NCBI GenBank assembly: GCA_012295275.1
Contig: CM022669.1
Span: 18,972,001 to 19,036,000, forward strand
Direction: 5' to 3'
Source: Chrysomallon squamiferum
Taxonomy: Eukaryota > Animalia > Mollusca
Length of the DNA stretch: 64,000 nucleotides
A program made the position numbers and the translations under genes. This document shows, one piece after another, positions 47,833-60,649 of the stretch (position 1 is the first letter of the stretch; each line of letters opens with the position of its first letter). Below the pieces are notes generated by a model that saw nothing but the letters and a program-made list of their open reading frames with translations, made no database searches and was not told the origin of the DNA.

Positions 47833-50800
47833 AAATTCAGGTCAATAAATAAATAAAAACAAATGATTAAATGTACCTCAGATTTATCATTATTTATAGT
47901 GAATTTAGCTGAATAATTTTAATGATTTAAAACCTGATGTGTGTAAATACAAATAGCCCAGTCCAGGCTCTGTTGAATGAAAGGAGTTGACTGTGTCACA
48001 GGTCGGCCTTTTTGGTGACCATTCAGAGGGTAGGAGGGTTAAACTGAATAAAAGAAACATGCTTTTAAACTTAAGAAATTATTCAAAAGAAAAAAATACC
48101 CACAAATATGGCTGTCATGCTGGAAATACACTTTATGTCGTTGATGGATTTACTAAAACAATTCTCATTTTAAATGGAAAAACAAGTGCAAAAATGGAAT
48201 TTTTTTTTTTTTATTAAGTATTTGTAATAAAATATTTGAAATAAAAGATTATTTGTTACTGTATAATTTATAATTCTAACAATATGTTTGTTAATATACC
48301 ACATTAAATATTTTGAAAAGCATTTTGCATTTAAAATTATTTTTGAAGTCAAATTCAAAAGTTGAAAATCAGGTGTTTATGTAGGTTTCGTTTATTTTTA
48401 TTTTTTTATTTTATTTATTTTATTTATTTTATTTTATTTTTTCTGTTTATTCACTTTAACAACATTAAAACAAGGTGTAATCGATAGTTTAAAAGCTAAA
48501 TAACTAGTATCATATTTCTATGAGTTATTTATGCTTTTATATGATATCAAATTAAAATAATCAGAATATTTCATTAATATTAATAAACAAGATTTAATAT
48601 ATTACAATTATAATAATTATTTCAATATTAATAATAATCATTTGTAATATAATCAGTTTCAATATTACATTAATAATAATCAGTTTTTATATTACTGATG
48701 CAGTTCATATAATAACTAGCTTTTTATATAATTTATATATATTTCAAAACCATTTTCATCTGGTATGGACACAGTCTATGTTTTTGTTTAGAAACATTAT
48801 TACTATTATTAGATTTATTATTATTATTGTTACTATCAATTTTTATTTTTGTTATTGTTGTTGTTATTTATTATTATTATTAATAATATTATTATTATCA
48901 TTATTAAGACATATGTACATCTTCAATGAAATTCTTTCATACTCATTCATTCTATGTCGACATTTGTTATTCACAGTTACCATTTAAATTCTCCAAATAT
49001 TTTCCCCAATTTAGCAATTTTTTTAATTATTATTTCATTCAAGAATACTTGTGATAAATGTGAATAATTATATGCATAATTACACAGGCACATTGAAAAG
49101 TTTAGAATTCTGCAGAATCACAACACATTTTCATTGATTTATGTTGATTTTATTTTGAATCTTTAGAGCAATGACTGACTGTTTTATTGACAAAAATTAA
49201 ACAAAAATGTTATCCAGGTGTTTTTAATTAGTCATTTTGATTTATCATTATGGAATAAAATTATTTTTATGCTGTTGAATGTTTTGTTATTATTGTTGTT
49301 GTTACGTGCAGTAGTGTTGTTTTTGTCTAGAAATTATCGTTATTTAAAAAAAAAAAAATAATAAAAATAACAGGAAAAAGCATGTATACAGAAAATAACA
49401 ATAAAAAAAAAAAAAAAAATGGTGCAGCAGGCTTTTGTTCATTATTAATGTCTTAATGTGTGTGTGTGTGTATATATATATACACACATATATGCACATA
49501 TTATTATTCATGATGATTTTATTTTATTTTATTTATAACTTTTTTACATATATTGATGATAAAGTTTACTACACATTGTGTGATAAAAGTTTCTAATAAT
49601 CAGTGAAAATAAATATTTATTTACTGGTAAAATTCTTTAAAACAATAATATGAATAAATGAAATGCATATTTACAGATATGAAAGGCCATAAAAACATAA
49701 ATAACTCGCTTTGATATTCTCTAATATATTCTGTATTGTATATATACATATTTATTTATTTATTTTTTATTTTTTTTATTTTTGGTATTTATTTATTTAC
49801 TTATTTATTTATTTTGTGCATATTGTATATATAATTTAGGTTTTTATCTGTTTAGTCAAATTCGCAGACATTTTTTATATTGTAGACTGCAATTTTTGTT
49901 TTGTTGTAGTTTAAAAGTTATTCTCAACCCACAGAATTTTCTTGCAAAATCCTCTTTTTTATTTTTTTAACCCAGCTCTTCCCATTCTGATTATGCAGTT
50001 GTATATTTTTGTTGTAGTAGCAGTTGTTGATGCTGCAGCCATTTTACAACATTATGCAGGACAGAAAGGACTGTTGAAAACATCAATGAAAAAAATGGAG
50101 AAACAAATTGTGAAACGTCTTGGTAAATATTCTTCTTCTGGTTATTAACATGAAGTAAAATCAATGAATGTTTATTAGCCACACAAAATATATTTACTTT
50201 TGCTGGTGATTAAGTGTCGGATGCTTTATGTTCATTTATTATTTTCTTTATTTATGAAATGAGAAAGAAAATTGAATCCTACAATCATTTCATCATCAAG
50301 AAACCTTTCTTTTTGTATATCGTATTCATGACAGTATGAATAAATGACTGTACAATAATCTTTACATTTCCAAGCTGTTAATTTGTTAATCTTTCTTGTT
50401 GTGTTAAAATTTATTATTATAATTTATATTTAATAATTAAATTATGCAATAGAAAATAAATTGTTGGTGGTTTTTTGGTTGTTTTATTTTTTATATTTTA
50501 TTATTTTCTGTATTTGAAAACTGAGTATTCATTTACTTTAGATCAAGACTATAAGGATAGTGATGACACAAACAATGAATTAAGAAGAGGGACTTATGAA
50601 GATGCCTTACTTTTGTTTAATGACAACAAACCAAAATTTGTTCTGTCCATCATGGAGGGATCAGTACAAGTAGGGTTTAGGTAAATATTACACTTTTCTT
50701 TCCTGTGCAGTATTAGATTCACACACACACCCTCGTTTTGCCACTCCTCTCTCTTTCTCCTTTATCTCCGTCTCCCTCTTCTCTCTCTGTCTTTCTCTCA

Positions 50801-52792
50801 CTCTATTGCTTTCTTTCTTTTCTCTCACTCTTCTCTCTAATCTCTTTTTCTGTCTCGCTTTCTCTGTCTTCTTTCTGTTTTCTCTCATTCTCATTCCAGC
50901 TCCCTTTCTCTCAATCTGTTTTCAAATTTCTAACAAAAAGATTAAATTCTGCTTATATAAAAATCTTAATCATTGTAGAAGAGTTAGACTTTGGTTTGTT
51001 GTTTTTTTGTTTTGTTTTGTAAATGTTTAAACATCTAAGAACAAAAATAAATAAATCAATAAAAATAAAAAATTATTTGTCTAATAAAATAAAATATATA
51101 TATGTTTATATTTATTTATTTATTTCATTTTATTTTATTTTATTTTATTTTTAAATGAAAAACACTGAAGTTCAAGACTGGATTCTCACACAACAATAAA
51201 GATAATTCGCAGGCATGATGGAAAACCTTATTTTGAGAAGACATTTACTTATAACGATTATGTCTATCGCCATAGAATTACATTCAGTAGTACTTAATTA
51301 AATATTTTATTCATTTGCAATAAAATATAAAACAAAATCTTTTTCTTACGTTTGTTCTCATTATATTTTGATCTTTGAATTTTGTTTGCAGAAAAGAAAT
51401 TCTAATTTGTATATATGTATTTAAAGGTTTAACTTCCTTTTGAACGTGTATGTGTGTGTGTGTTATTTAAAACAAAAAATTTGGTATTTATATCTCATAT
51501 CAGTGACCACAAAGGAATCACTTCATGTTGTATCTGTATCTGTCAATCCTCTCACTTCTGCCTTTTTGCACACAAGCATCTGCATAAAAACACTCTTTGA
51601 GTCTTTTATATTTACATGTAATAAACACACATTCACATTCATGGGAACATCAACCCAGGAACATGAATATGTGCACACCCCTATAGGTACACTCACACAC
51701 ACATACATACACATACATATACACGATAAACAAAAGTAATGATGGATTACGAGTTATTCATTGGTTTGAAGTTGATTTTATTTATCAAAAATGTAAACCT
51801 TTATTTAATCTCTTTTTATCATTAAATTAAATTTTATCATTTTAATTTTTATCTGTCAGAACTTAATTTTATCAGATTTTATTTTATCTTATCAGTCACT
51901 TTTAACCATTATAAGTTTATCTGCCTATTTTGTTTTTATCGATCTTATTCTGTTTGTTTTATTTTGTCAATGAAAAACACCAGATTTATTTTACAAAATC
52001 TCTTTGAAAAAGAAGTATTTTGAGTCTAAATAAAGACTTCATCCTTTTATTTCTTCTTCCTTTATTATTTTTGTTTATTTAACATCGTGTATTTGCAAAC
52101 ACAGTTATCTCAATGATCAGTGAGCACAGAAAAATGACAAAAAATAATAAATAAACTTTTGATTTACTTATTTTATTACTGTTTTTAACAGTACTATTTA
52201 ACAAACAAAAATAAACAACAAAAAATATCGATTTGAAAATGTACCAACATATTTAGTCTATTAGTAGCAACATGTGCGCTTAGTGAAAAGAAATTATTTT
52301 TTTGTTTGTTTTAATGTCTTTTAGAAGCATCTGAAATGCATTTATTTAAACTAACTGTACACAAACAAATTTAACAAGAAAAAAAAATTGATCACAATGA
52401 AGTATACAAAAATGTATTTATCTTATTTCCTACTTCTACGGATGCACAATTTTAACAAGAAACAAAACATTTATTTAAATGTTATTATGTTTTTAGGCTG
52501 TTTGTTTCATTCAGTGCAGATAACAGTTTATAACAAAAATAAAATGGCCAGTGGGAAGTGAATAAAATAAATAGATTATACAAGAGTCTAAATAACAAAT
52601 TTGTATAACACCACAACTACAGAAATTTAATTATCAAATAATGATTAATATCAATCAGTGTTCACCAAATGAGGAAGCAATTACGGATATAGGTTTCAAG
52701 GCCATAAGATGGTAACCTAAATCAAACATTATATTTTGACAATAAGAACAAAAGCCTGTTTTAAGTAAATACTAATTCTTTAGTCCAGCTTT

Positions 52793-55700
52793 TTAATTCT
52801 TTTTCTTTTTACCAGCAGAATGTTTACTTTTTTGAGTATGATAAGTCAGTATGTGTTTTTTCAAAACTCCGTTTGTGGAATATTTTCTTCCACAAATACC
52901 ACAGCCATAGGCTTTTTCTTGTTCGTGGTATCTCATGTGTATTCGCAGACTTTTGCTGCTTTCAAAAGATTCTGAACATTTCATGCAAACAAACGGCTTC
53001 AACTGGTTCAAACCTTCTGTGTCAATAACCTCTTCATCAGCATCATCATCATCAAGTGAACTACAGTCTGAACTTTTCTTTGAATTTTTATCACATACAA
53101 GAGATTCAGATGTTTCCAGATCTGGTGAATCCACTGTTCTAACAGAAATGCCTTTTGATTCTTTTTGCCCATTCTCAGAATGAGCAGTATTTTCATTACA
53201 GAATACACTTCCTGGTTGAATTTTATCATCAGGTTTATTTGTGATTTTCTCCAGTTCTGAAACTGTTTCTGTAGATAAAGCAGGACTTTCCCATTTACCA
53301 GCAGAAAGATCAGTGTGTGATGACTGTTTGGTGTCTTCAAGTGATGACAGCAACAGTTTGCTAAATGTCATAGTTCTGGGTTTTTCTTTGTCATCTACAT
53401 CACCTACAGACTGCAAGATATGTCCACGATTATCCTGCCCTGAATAAAGTAACGACTGATCAGCAGACATGTTTTTCTTCATCGCTGATTTGTAGCTAAG
53501 TTGACGTAGCAGATTACTGAGATTGTACGATCCAGGAGAAACTAAAGATTTAACATTAGCTTGGGTTGGCAAACTGTGTTCAACTGTTACTACTGGTTGG
53601 CCATTTTGCATGATTACAGAAGACAGATTTTGACTTGATGAATTGTCAGTGTTTTCTGTTTTTGTGTGATGACTCTTACACAACTGCTGCAGGAGCAAAC
53701 TGCTACTCTTTGGCATGGAGCAGCTGGTGGATCGAGTTTTACTTTGAAGCAAATTTGACGCCCAGAAATCTGACCTAGAAGAACATTCTGAAACATGAGA
53801 GCCTGACTTCAAAACTGGCTCAGTTCCTAATACAGACATTTTTAAAGTTTCTCTTAACGTAGTGGAATCAGAGACATTCAGTGGTTCTTTTTTTATAACC
53901 AGACCTGAAGATGCTGTACAAGTAGTTTCTTTTGTTTCAGATAAAATTCCCAAAGGCTCTTCTGAATCCACTGGTTCACTTTTTACAGATATTCCCTTCC
54001 CAGACAACATTTTATGTAGCACAGAATTTTGTATCCCCGATTCACATGTCTGTTTCTTTTCAGGAAATGTTGTCAATTCACATCCAAATGTTTTGTCTTC
54101 AACAATCTCAGAATGCAGCTCAGTGGATGGAATACTAAATTCTGAGCTCTCTTGAGCAAATGTAATTCGTAGATTTTTGTCTATTTCATCATTCTCATCA
54201 CTGTATTTGGAATCTGTATTTTCGCAATCTCCGTTCATCTGTTCTGATGTACTGGAAATCATTTTGGAATCAAGTAATTTATGACTATAACAATTTTGGC
54301 TTACGGGAATTTCAACTGGTTCTTGTTTAATAAAAAGATTTTCAGCTGATTGTGAAATCTCCTGTCCTGACTCCTTCAGTTTCTTTGAATCTGTACATGA
54401 TTCAGAAGATATCATAGACATTAGATGATCATTTAAATCATCAGGTGGTTCTGTTTTCACTAAAACACTGTCCAGTAAATGATTTGCATTTGAAGAATCT
54501 GTGTGATTATTTTCCATTTCACCTGTTGATGAATCAGAAATATTTCTAGTGATCTTCTTCGGTTTACCTTTACGTCTGTGAGTTGAAAGAATAGGTGTTC
54601 CTTGGTTATCTGCATTTTCAGTATTTTTCTCTGATTTATTATCAGTTTGCTTTGAACCAAGAAGAGCATCAAGCAATATCCTGTAACAGTTATTTTTTGG
54701 AGAGTTCGACTTATCTCTGTGTTCTCTACTGTCCCTATCATCACTTTCCATAAGTAACATTCTCTCTTCTTTCGAGTGGCCAATGTTTTCACTGATACTG
54801 GAATTCAAAGTTTCTGTTCTTTGTGGTGCAGTGGAATTATCAACAGGAGTAACACCCACTAGTTTAACTTCACACCACTCACAAACTCTCCACTGTTTAA
54901 AAACAGCAACACCTTTGTCAAACGATGGCAGTCTGAGACTAACTGTTGCAGAACTTCTTCTTTTGCAGATATCACAATCAACTTCTTCCAATTTTGCCAG
55001 TCTCACATCATCAGAAGGTCTAATTTTTGAACACGATGGCCTGTTTATTTGAAGTAGGTCACCAATGGGACTGAATCCTATACCTGCAGCATTTCTCTCC
55101 CCTGTTTTCGTAACTGAAGCAGTTGGCAGTCTTCTGGAACTTTGTGATGACGCTACATTTTGAGAGTTGGCATGTGCCTTCTTCAACATGGCCATTAGCA
55201 GTGATGATGCACTTCCTGAAACAATGTTGCCAGTCTTGTCAATTGGAACAGGAGAGTTAAGCAGACTTTCATTCGACATGGAAAGACTGTCACTGTTGTA
55301 TTGAATAATTGGGTTAGGACTATTTATACTGGTCAGTTTCTCTGATGATGAATCTGCTTTATTCATTAGCAAAGCCTGCAGACTTGGACTAAAGAAGATT
55401 CCTTTTGATCTCTGACTCTGTAAATTATTGTTCAGACTGGCTGATGGAGGTGTTTCTAAGATATTTCTCAGAATAGTTTTGGACTGTCCTCCACCTGCTG
55501 CTTGAGGACTTTTCACAAAACCCACTTTTTGACTAGAACCACCAGAAGCAGCTTTTTCGGAGGAGCCAAACACTGACTTCACTCCATGAGTGGAAGAGTA
55601 CTCATTAGCTGCCGTTCTTCGCTTTCTTCTCTTCGTTCTTTTCTTCACACTGTTCTTCCTTCTTTTGCCTGGAAGCCACTCACAGTCATCACTAGATATT

Positions 55701-55801
55701 GTGTCACTGTCAGCCACATCATCAGCTTCGTGTTCTGGTTTGTACTCCTCATCTTGGGATTCATAACAAACAGTCTCCTTGTCGACACAACTTGTTGTCA
55801 T
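52793..55801 (-). CDS. Large low-complexity nuclear protein with two C-terminal C2H2 zinc fingers
   Basis: Single ~3 kb ORF. First in-frame ATG at 55801; frame is open back to the acceptor at 55912. CMKC..HMRYH and CGIC..HILTYH fingers, basic NLS clusters, psi-K-x-E motifs (VKTE, IKQE, VKSE, IKKE) and LxxLL motifs. Confidence 0.9.
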   Translation of the reverse strand: MTTSCVDKETVCYESQDEEYKPEHEADDVADSDTISSDDCEWLPGKRRKNSVKKRTKRRKRRTAANEYSSTHGVKSVFGSSEKAASGGSSQKVGFVKSPQAAGGGQSKTILRNILETPPSASLNNNLQSQRSKGIFFSPSLQALLMNKADSSSEKLTSINSPNPIIQYNSDSLSMSNESLLNSPVPIDKTGNIVSGSASSLLMAMLKKAHANSQNVASSQSSRRLPTASVTKTGERNAAGIGFSPIGDLLQINRPSCSKIRPSDDVRLAKLEEVDCDICKRRSSATVSLRLPSFDKGVAVFKQWRVCEWCEVKLVGVTPVDNSTAPQRTETLNSSISENIGHSKEERMLLMESDDRDSREHRDKSNSPKNNCYRILLDALLGSKQTDNKSEKNTENADNQGTPILSTHRRKGKPKKITRNISDSSTGEMENNHTDSSNANHLLDSVLVKTEPPDDLNDHLMSMISSESCTDSKKLKESGQEISQSAENLFIKQEPVEIPVSQNCYSHKLLDSKMISSTSEQMNGDCENTDSKYSDENDEIDKNLRITFAQESSEFSIPSTELHSEIVEDKTFGCELTTFPEKKQTCESGIQNSVLHKMLSGKGISVKSEPVDSEEPLGILSETKETTCTASSGLVIKKEPLNVSDSTTLRETLKMSVLGTEPVLKSGSHVSECSSRSDFWASNLLQSKTRSTSCSMPKSSSLLLQQLCKSHHTKTENTDNSSSQNLSSVIMQNGQPVVTVEHSLPTQANVKSLVSPGSYNLSNLLRQLSYKSAMKKNMSADQSLLYSGQDNRGHILQSVGDVDDKEKPRTMTFSKLLLSSLEDTKQSSHTDLSAGKWESPALSTETVSELEKITNKPDDKIQPGSVFCNENTAHSENGQKESKGISVRTVDSPDLETSESLVCDKNSKKSSDCSSLDDDDADEEVIDTEGLNQLKPFVCMKCSESFESSKSLRIHMRYHEQEKAYGCGICGRKYSTNGVLKKHILTYHTQKSKHSAGKKKKN

Positions 55802-57596
55802 CTCGTCAGCAGAATATTTTTCATTTTCGTTGGCAGAAGACAGCAAAATAGTCGAGATATGCTGGAATATCTTTTTCTTTCTTTTCCATTTTGGAATCTG
55901 GCAAATACATTGCTGAAGAAAAAAAGTAATTTAAATGCAGTTTACTAGAATGTAATTAACAATTGGGATGTTATAAAATAATTATAATATTATTAACAAC
56001 AAACTTAATTATATATAACAAGAAAATATATTATTTACTATTCAGATATCATTTTTCTATGTTTCAGTATAGAAAGTTATTTGTTACTATTACTTTTGCT
56101 TATAGTATTACCATTACTACTAATACAACTATTACTATTACTAGTCAAATAATACTGTTACTACTACAATTACTACTACCACCACCACCACTACTACTTC
56201 TATTATTATTATATATTTTGTCTTTAAGCCGTTATTATTGGAATAAGTTTTAAATGTGACTTTTAATTGAACACATACATACATTTATTAAACAAACAGG
56301 GAGTTTGTAAAAATTATTATTTTCAAAATTTAATTATAAAAATAATTAAAAGGTTTTTATTAAATTAGTTTTACTAATTATTGTGTAGCCCTTCAACCAG
56401 ATGTGTTAATTTCATTAAATATTTGAAACTAACTAACACATATGAATGTAAGTATATGTAAATAAATAAGATACCTGATATACAAAATGAAGTCAATGCC
56501 TCACCTAATTATGTAATAATACTGAAATTTGTTTTTGCCTCTCTATTATCTGTCTTTCAGCATGAAGAAGAATTCAAAATTTAATTAGTGTGCATGTTGG
56601 CATGGGTAGTTATATTAACATGCTTCATTTATAAAGTTTGTCCAGTCGAAACCTTGAAAACCAGCATCAAATCCTTTTGGTGTCCACTTTAGTATACATC
56701 AATGGCCTTTGGTACCACATGAGTTATTTTTAGAATGAAAGTTAGGGCATACCAATACGTGTTTAAGGAGATATGATGCAAAAAGGCAAGTATATATGTT
56801 TATTAAAATATGTAACTGCTATGCAATAAAATTAAACAAGCTTCAAATGGTATTTTACTGGAACAAGAATAAATAATAGCAAAACTTAAAAACTTAAAAA
56901 TTTGGTTTGCAAAACTTGAAATTTTTATATTTTTCATAATTTTATATATTTATTACAATTAATTTTACCACCAAAGGGGTGGAACAAAAAAAAAAAAAAA
57001 AAAAAAAGAGAGAGAGAGAGAAATATAATAAAAGCTAAAACAAAATATATTTAGCAAATGGAAAGAAAATATTTAATATAAAGAATTCAAACATTAGTTA
57101 TTAAATCAACTGCTAATAATATTATTAAAAAAAAAAAAATATTCAATAAATATTCAATTTTCATGCAGAGGTTGTAAAATATTTGTCTTTTGAATATGTC
57201 ACCAAAAGACATAAATGTTTTTGAATAATATATGAAACATGTTTTATTTGTATGTCTTTATAGGGTTAAAAATGATTTTTTAAATATATAACAATAATAT
57301 TATTATCCAAAAAAAAAAAATAATAAAAAGATATTTCAATAATTCTTAGATTTCTTCTTCTTCTTTATTTATTATTTTTTTTTTTTAGATATCTTAATAC
57401 TTCTGTTTAATTTTGAATGATTTTTCTTATTTCTGTTTTGTAATTTGTCATTCCATTATTAATTATTTATTCATGTATTTATTTTTCCATTTTTGTATGT
57501 GTATGTGTAATTTATTATTTGTGTTTCTGTTATTTCCTTTTATTTAATTATTGCATTATTTATTTTTAATTTGCTTTATTTATTACTCCATTTCTT

Positions 57597-57639
<43 letters not shown>

Positions 57640-57775
57640 TTTTTACCCCATTTATAAAATTTAATATATATTATACTGGAAATAAACGTACAGATATTTT
57701 AAAAGCAAATTTTTTACATTAATGTCAAAACTAGTTCAAAATACTGTCAAGCTTCTGAGCAGTAACCTATTTTAA

Positions 57776-58084
57776 AGGACAAAGGTCAAGGACATTCAGT
57801 GCAGAAAAGGCACATTTCCCATTCGCGAAAACTAGACTTATGAAACGATCAAAAGTAACAAATAAATACTATCATTTTAAAACGAAATTTCACTTAAAAA
57901 CAGATACGTACCTTTCATCTAAGCCACAGTTCAAAATGATCACATTTCATCGGTAATATTTATCCAATTTTAAATTGTCACCAGTACGAATATCCAAACG
58001 TGTTGTTTCTCTGGCCAACAGGATCTGTATTTAGGTCAAGGTATTTTATAATGAATAAAGGCAAAGTTCACGGGTCAAAGGTTA
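57776..58084. promoter_or_regulatory. Cluster of nuclear-receptor half-sites (DR1/DR0) around the zinc-finger gene's first exon
   Basis: AGGACA-A-AGGTCA-AGGACA (57776-57794), AGGTCAAGG (58033-58041), AGTTCA-C-GGGTCA-A-AGGTTA (58065-58084). Confidence 0.5.
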
Positions 58085-58458
58085 AGGATGTTGAAACGAG
58101 TATTGATTATTTTCAAGCGATAAATCTATGAAAAGTAAAATGTATTACCTAAGTTACTGGATTTACCAGAGCTGCCTAAAATATAAATAAAACAAAATTA
58201 GCTATAGCCTAGTGTAGGCCCTATATTCATAATATTGTTTTCTACTTTATACTTCGTTGCCGTTTTCCGTGTTCTAAAATTTTAAATGATTAATTAATTA
58301 TTACTGTTCGTTGTTTATGATGATGATATTTTAGTGTTGTCTGTTTTATCACGTAATTATTTTAGCAAGAGCGTTTGCAGAAACGAAAAATAACAACGCG
58401 GCTGGAGAAACGAAAAATAACTCCGCCAAGAGTGTGTTCGTTTTCGGCAAATATAATG

Positions 58459-58648
58459 CAGGGGTCGGCAACCTTTTGGAGAGAGGGGGTCAGACAGCAA
58501 GTTATGCTTTGGAGAAGAGGAGAGCCAAGATATCAAATAATAATAAGAAACAAACAAAGAAAAAACAACGGAAGTTAACGTAATAACTGGCGTCCATGTG
58601 TTCAATTGGGCCTAAAAATCCCTCGCGGGCCAAGAGTTGCCGACCCTG
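58459..58648. mobile_element. hAT (Charlie-like) MITE
   Basis: TIRs CAGGGGTCGGCAAC ... GTTGCCGACCCTG. Flanks ATATAATG / ATATAAAT resemble a decayed 8-bp TSD. Confidence 0.8.
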
Positions 58649-58974
58649 ATATAAATTGTTGCGTTAGTTCTCCTGTGTGACCTGATATACCTTGTCAACT
58701 AATACGTGTAATAACGTACGTACATTATATTAAATGTTACACTTTCTTTGGCGTTACTGCCTACATCTGAAAAATAAATATACCCGTTTACAATCATTAT
58801 AAATATAGATTATTATTATTATAAGTTGTTTTTGTTTTGTTGTTGCTTTTTTAACCAGATCAGTTGCTTTGTATTCAACGGCCAAACACGAACATTTTGG
58901 GATGACACCGCTTTATATTTCACCTTTTATTCAACTGTTTTATAATTAGATTAATAAAATAGTATGCTATATAC

Positions 58975-59019
<45 letters not shown>

Positions 59020-59909
59020 TAGTAATGAAAACGTTGTGCTTCTTTAAATTGTTTATTTTGTGTTTGGGGTTCTGGGGTTGTTTTTTTTTCGTTGTTGTTT
59101 GTTTTAGCTTTTTTCTTTTATTTATTTATTTAGTTAAATACAAGAAATTGAGACACACACACACGGATATAATTTTCACTTATTCATTAGGACAGACATA
59201 TTTTTCCTGGTTATATTGTAAACATTACAAATTACTCTTTAATACTGTAAACCTTATCAGTTCCGAGCGTTGTCCTGTTATGTAACTCTAATCAACACAA
59301 TAGTTTACTTGGTCATGACATTTTTTCCGTTTAGCTAAAAATACAAGTATTAATTGTTACGAAAAAGAATATAATGTCAAACTGCTAAGGATTAACTAAA
59401 TGCGGCGACGTAGTAAACATGTTTACGTGTTACAGGATTTAATTTTATTTTGTATGTTTTGTGTAGGTCTATTGCATTAAACTATTAATTTTTATTATGA
59501 AATTTGTTTATCTTCTGCTACTACTACTACTACAGATAATAATAATAAGAACAACCAAAACAACAATAACTACTACGATTATGAAATAAATATATAATAA
59601 AAATAATTTATATAGTAGTCTATGCGTGTTCTGGTATAGCATATGCATTAACTTAAAACTGAAAGATATTAATTTTCTTGATAGGTAGCATATAACTCAA
59701 TTCCTATACACAAAGTATGGTTAGCTATTTCACAATTAGATGATATATACCGGAAACTTCGTTGCAGCACGAGTTTATTGCGTCAGGGGAAAAGCGATAT
59801 TGCGCCCCTAAGCCCATCTTCACAACGTGAATCCCAAGCAAATGTATTTTAAGAAAATTCTGACGTAATCAAAGGAAGATTATTTTAGTGTGAGATGGAA
59901 GGCCCGATA

Positions 59910-59959
<50 letters not shown>

Positions 59960-60649
59960 TTTTTTTATTATTATTATAATTTTTTTTTTTTTTTTAACTT
60001 TTTTTGGTGTTGAGAATTTGCTTCCGGGACAACCGCTCGTCTAGCCCAGCCCACGCTACACCACTGTCTGAGGTCTATGGGGACTCCTAGGAAACACGTT
60101 AAAATAAAATTAATAGAATTTCTAAATCGGCTTTGCAATGTATAAATTTAATTACTGCATATAATAATATAACAATCAAATCTGTTCATTTAATGAAGAA
60201 ATTTCAAGAAAATATGAGACGTCAACCTTTAATTCTACGCTCCCTGAAAATAATCGCACTCGCGTGAAATATATCGAACCATTACTGTAATACACTTCTG
60301 CTGTGATTAATGGTTTGACCATTAATAACTGAAAATTAATATGATAACCATTTAATATTCTACCCCTTGAATAATCCCATCGACCCCTAGGAGTCGTTAC
60401 CAACCACTTTGAAGAGCCTTAGGTCATAGGCATTACAAAGGCGTATCCTAACTAAATAAAACACACACATAATTACACGATTGTTTCCGAAAACAGTCGA
60501 AGGTTTTCTTAACGAAAAAGGAGACCAATCGTAAGCCTTAGATGCTTGCAAACCGAGGTGTTCCGAACAAAAGGTAAACTTTCTACGAAATGACTACAGT
60601 TTCGCAATAGTAACTCCCAGAACTGACTTTCACGGCGACATTAAGCGCA

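Noticed and set aside
52935-55948. Several plus-strand ORFs inside the zinc-finger gene
   Set aside because: Antisense shadows of the long coding exon.
58379-58421. 16-bp direct repeat AGAAACGAAAAATAAC x2, superficially CRISPR-like
   Set aside because: Only two units with an 11-bp spacer, in a eukaryotic context with no cas genes.
59780-60066. Possible hAT element ending GCTACACCACTG
   Set aside because: Only one TIR-like end is visible; no partner TIR or TSD was found.
59760-60600. MondoA/ChREBP ChoRE upstream of the ARRDC gene
   Set aside because: Only isolated CACG half-sites; no paired E-boxes with 5-nt spacing.
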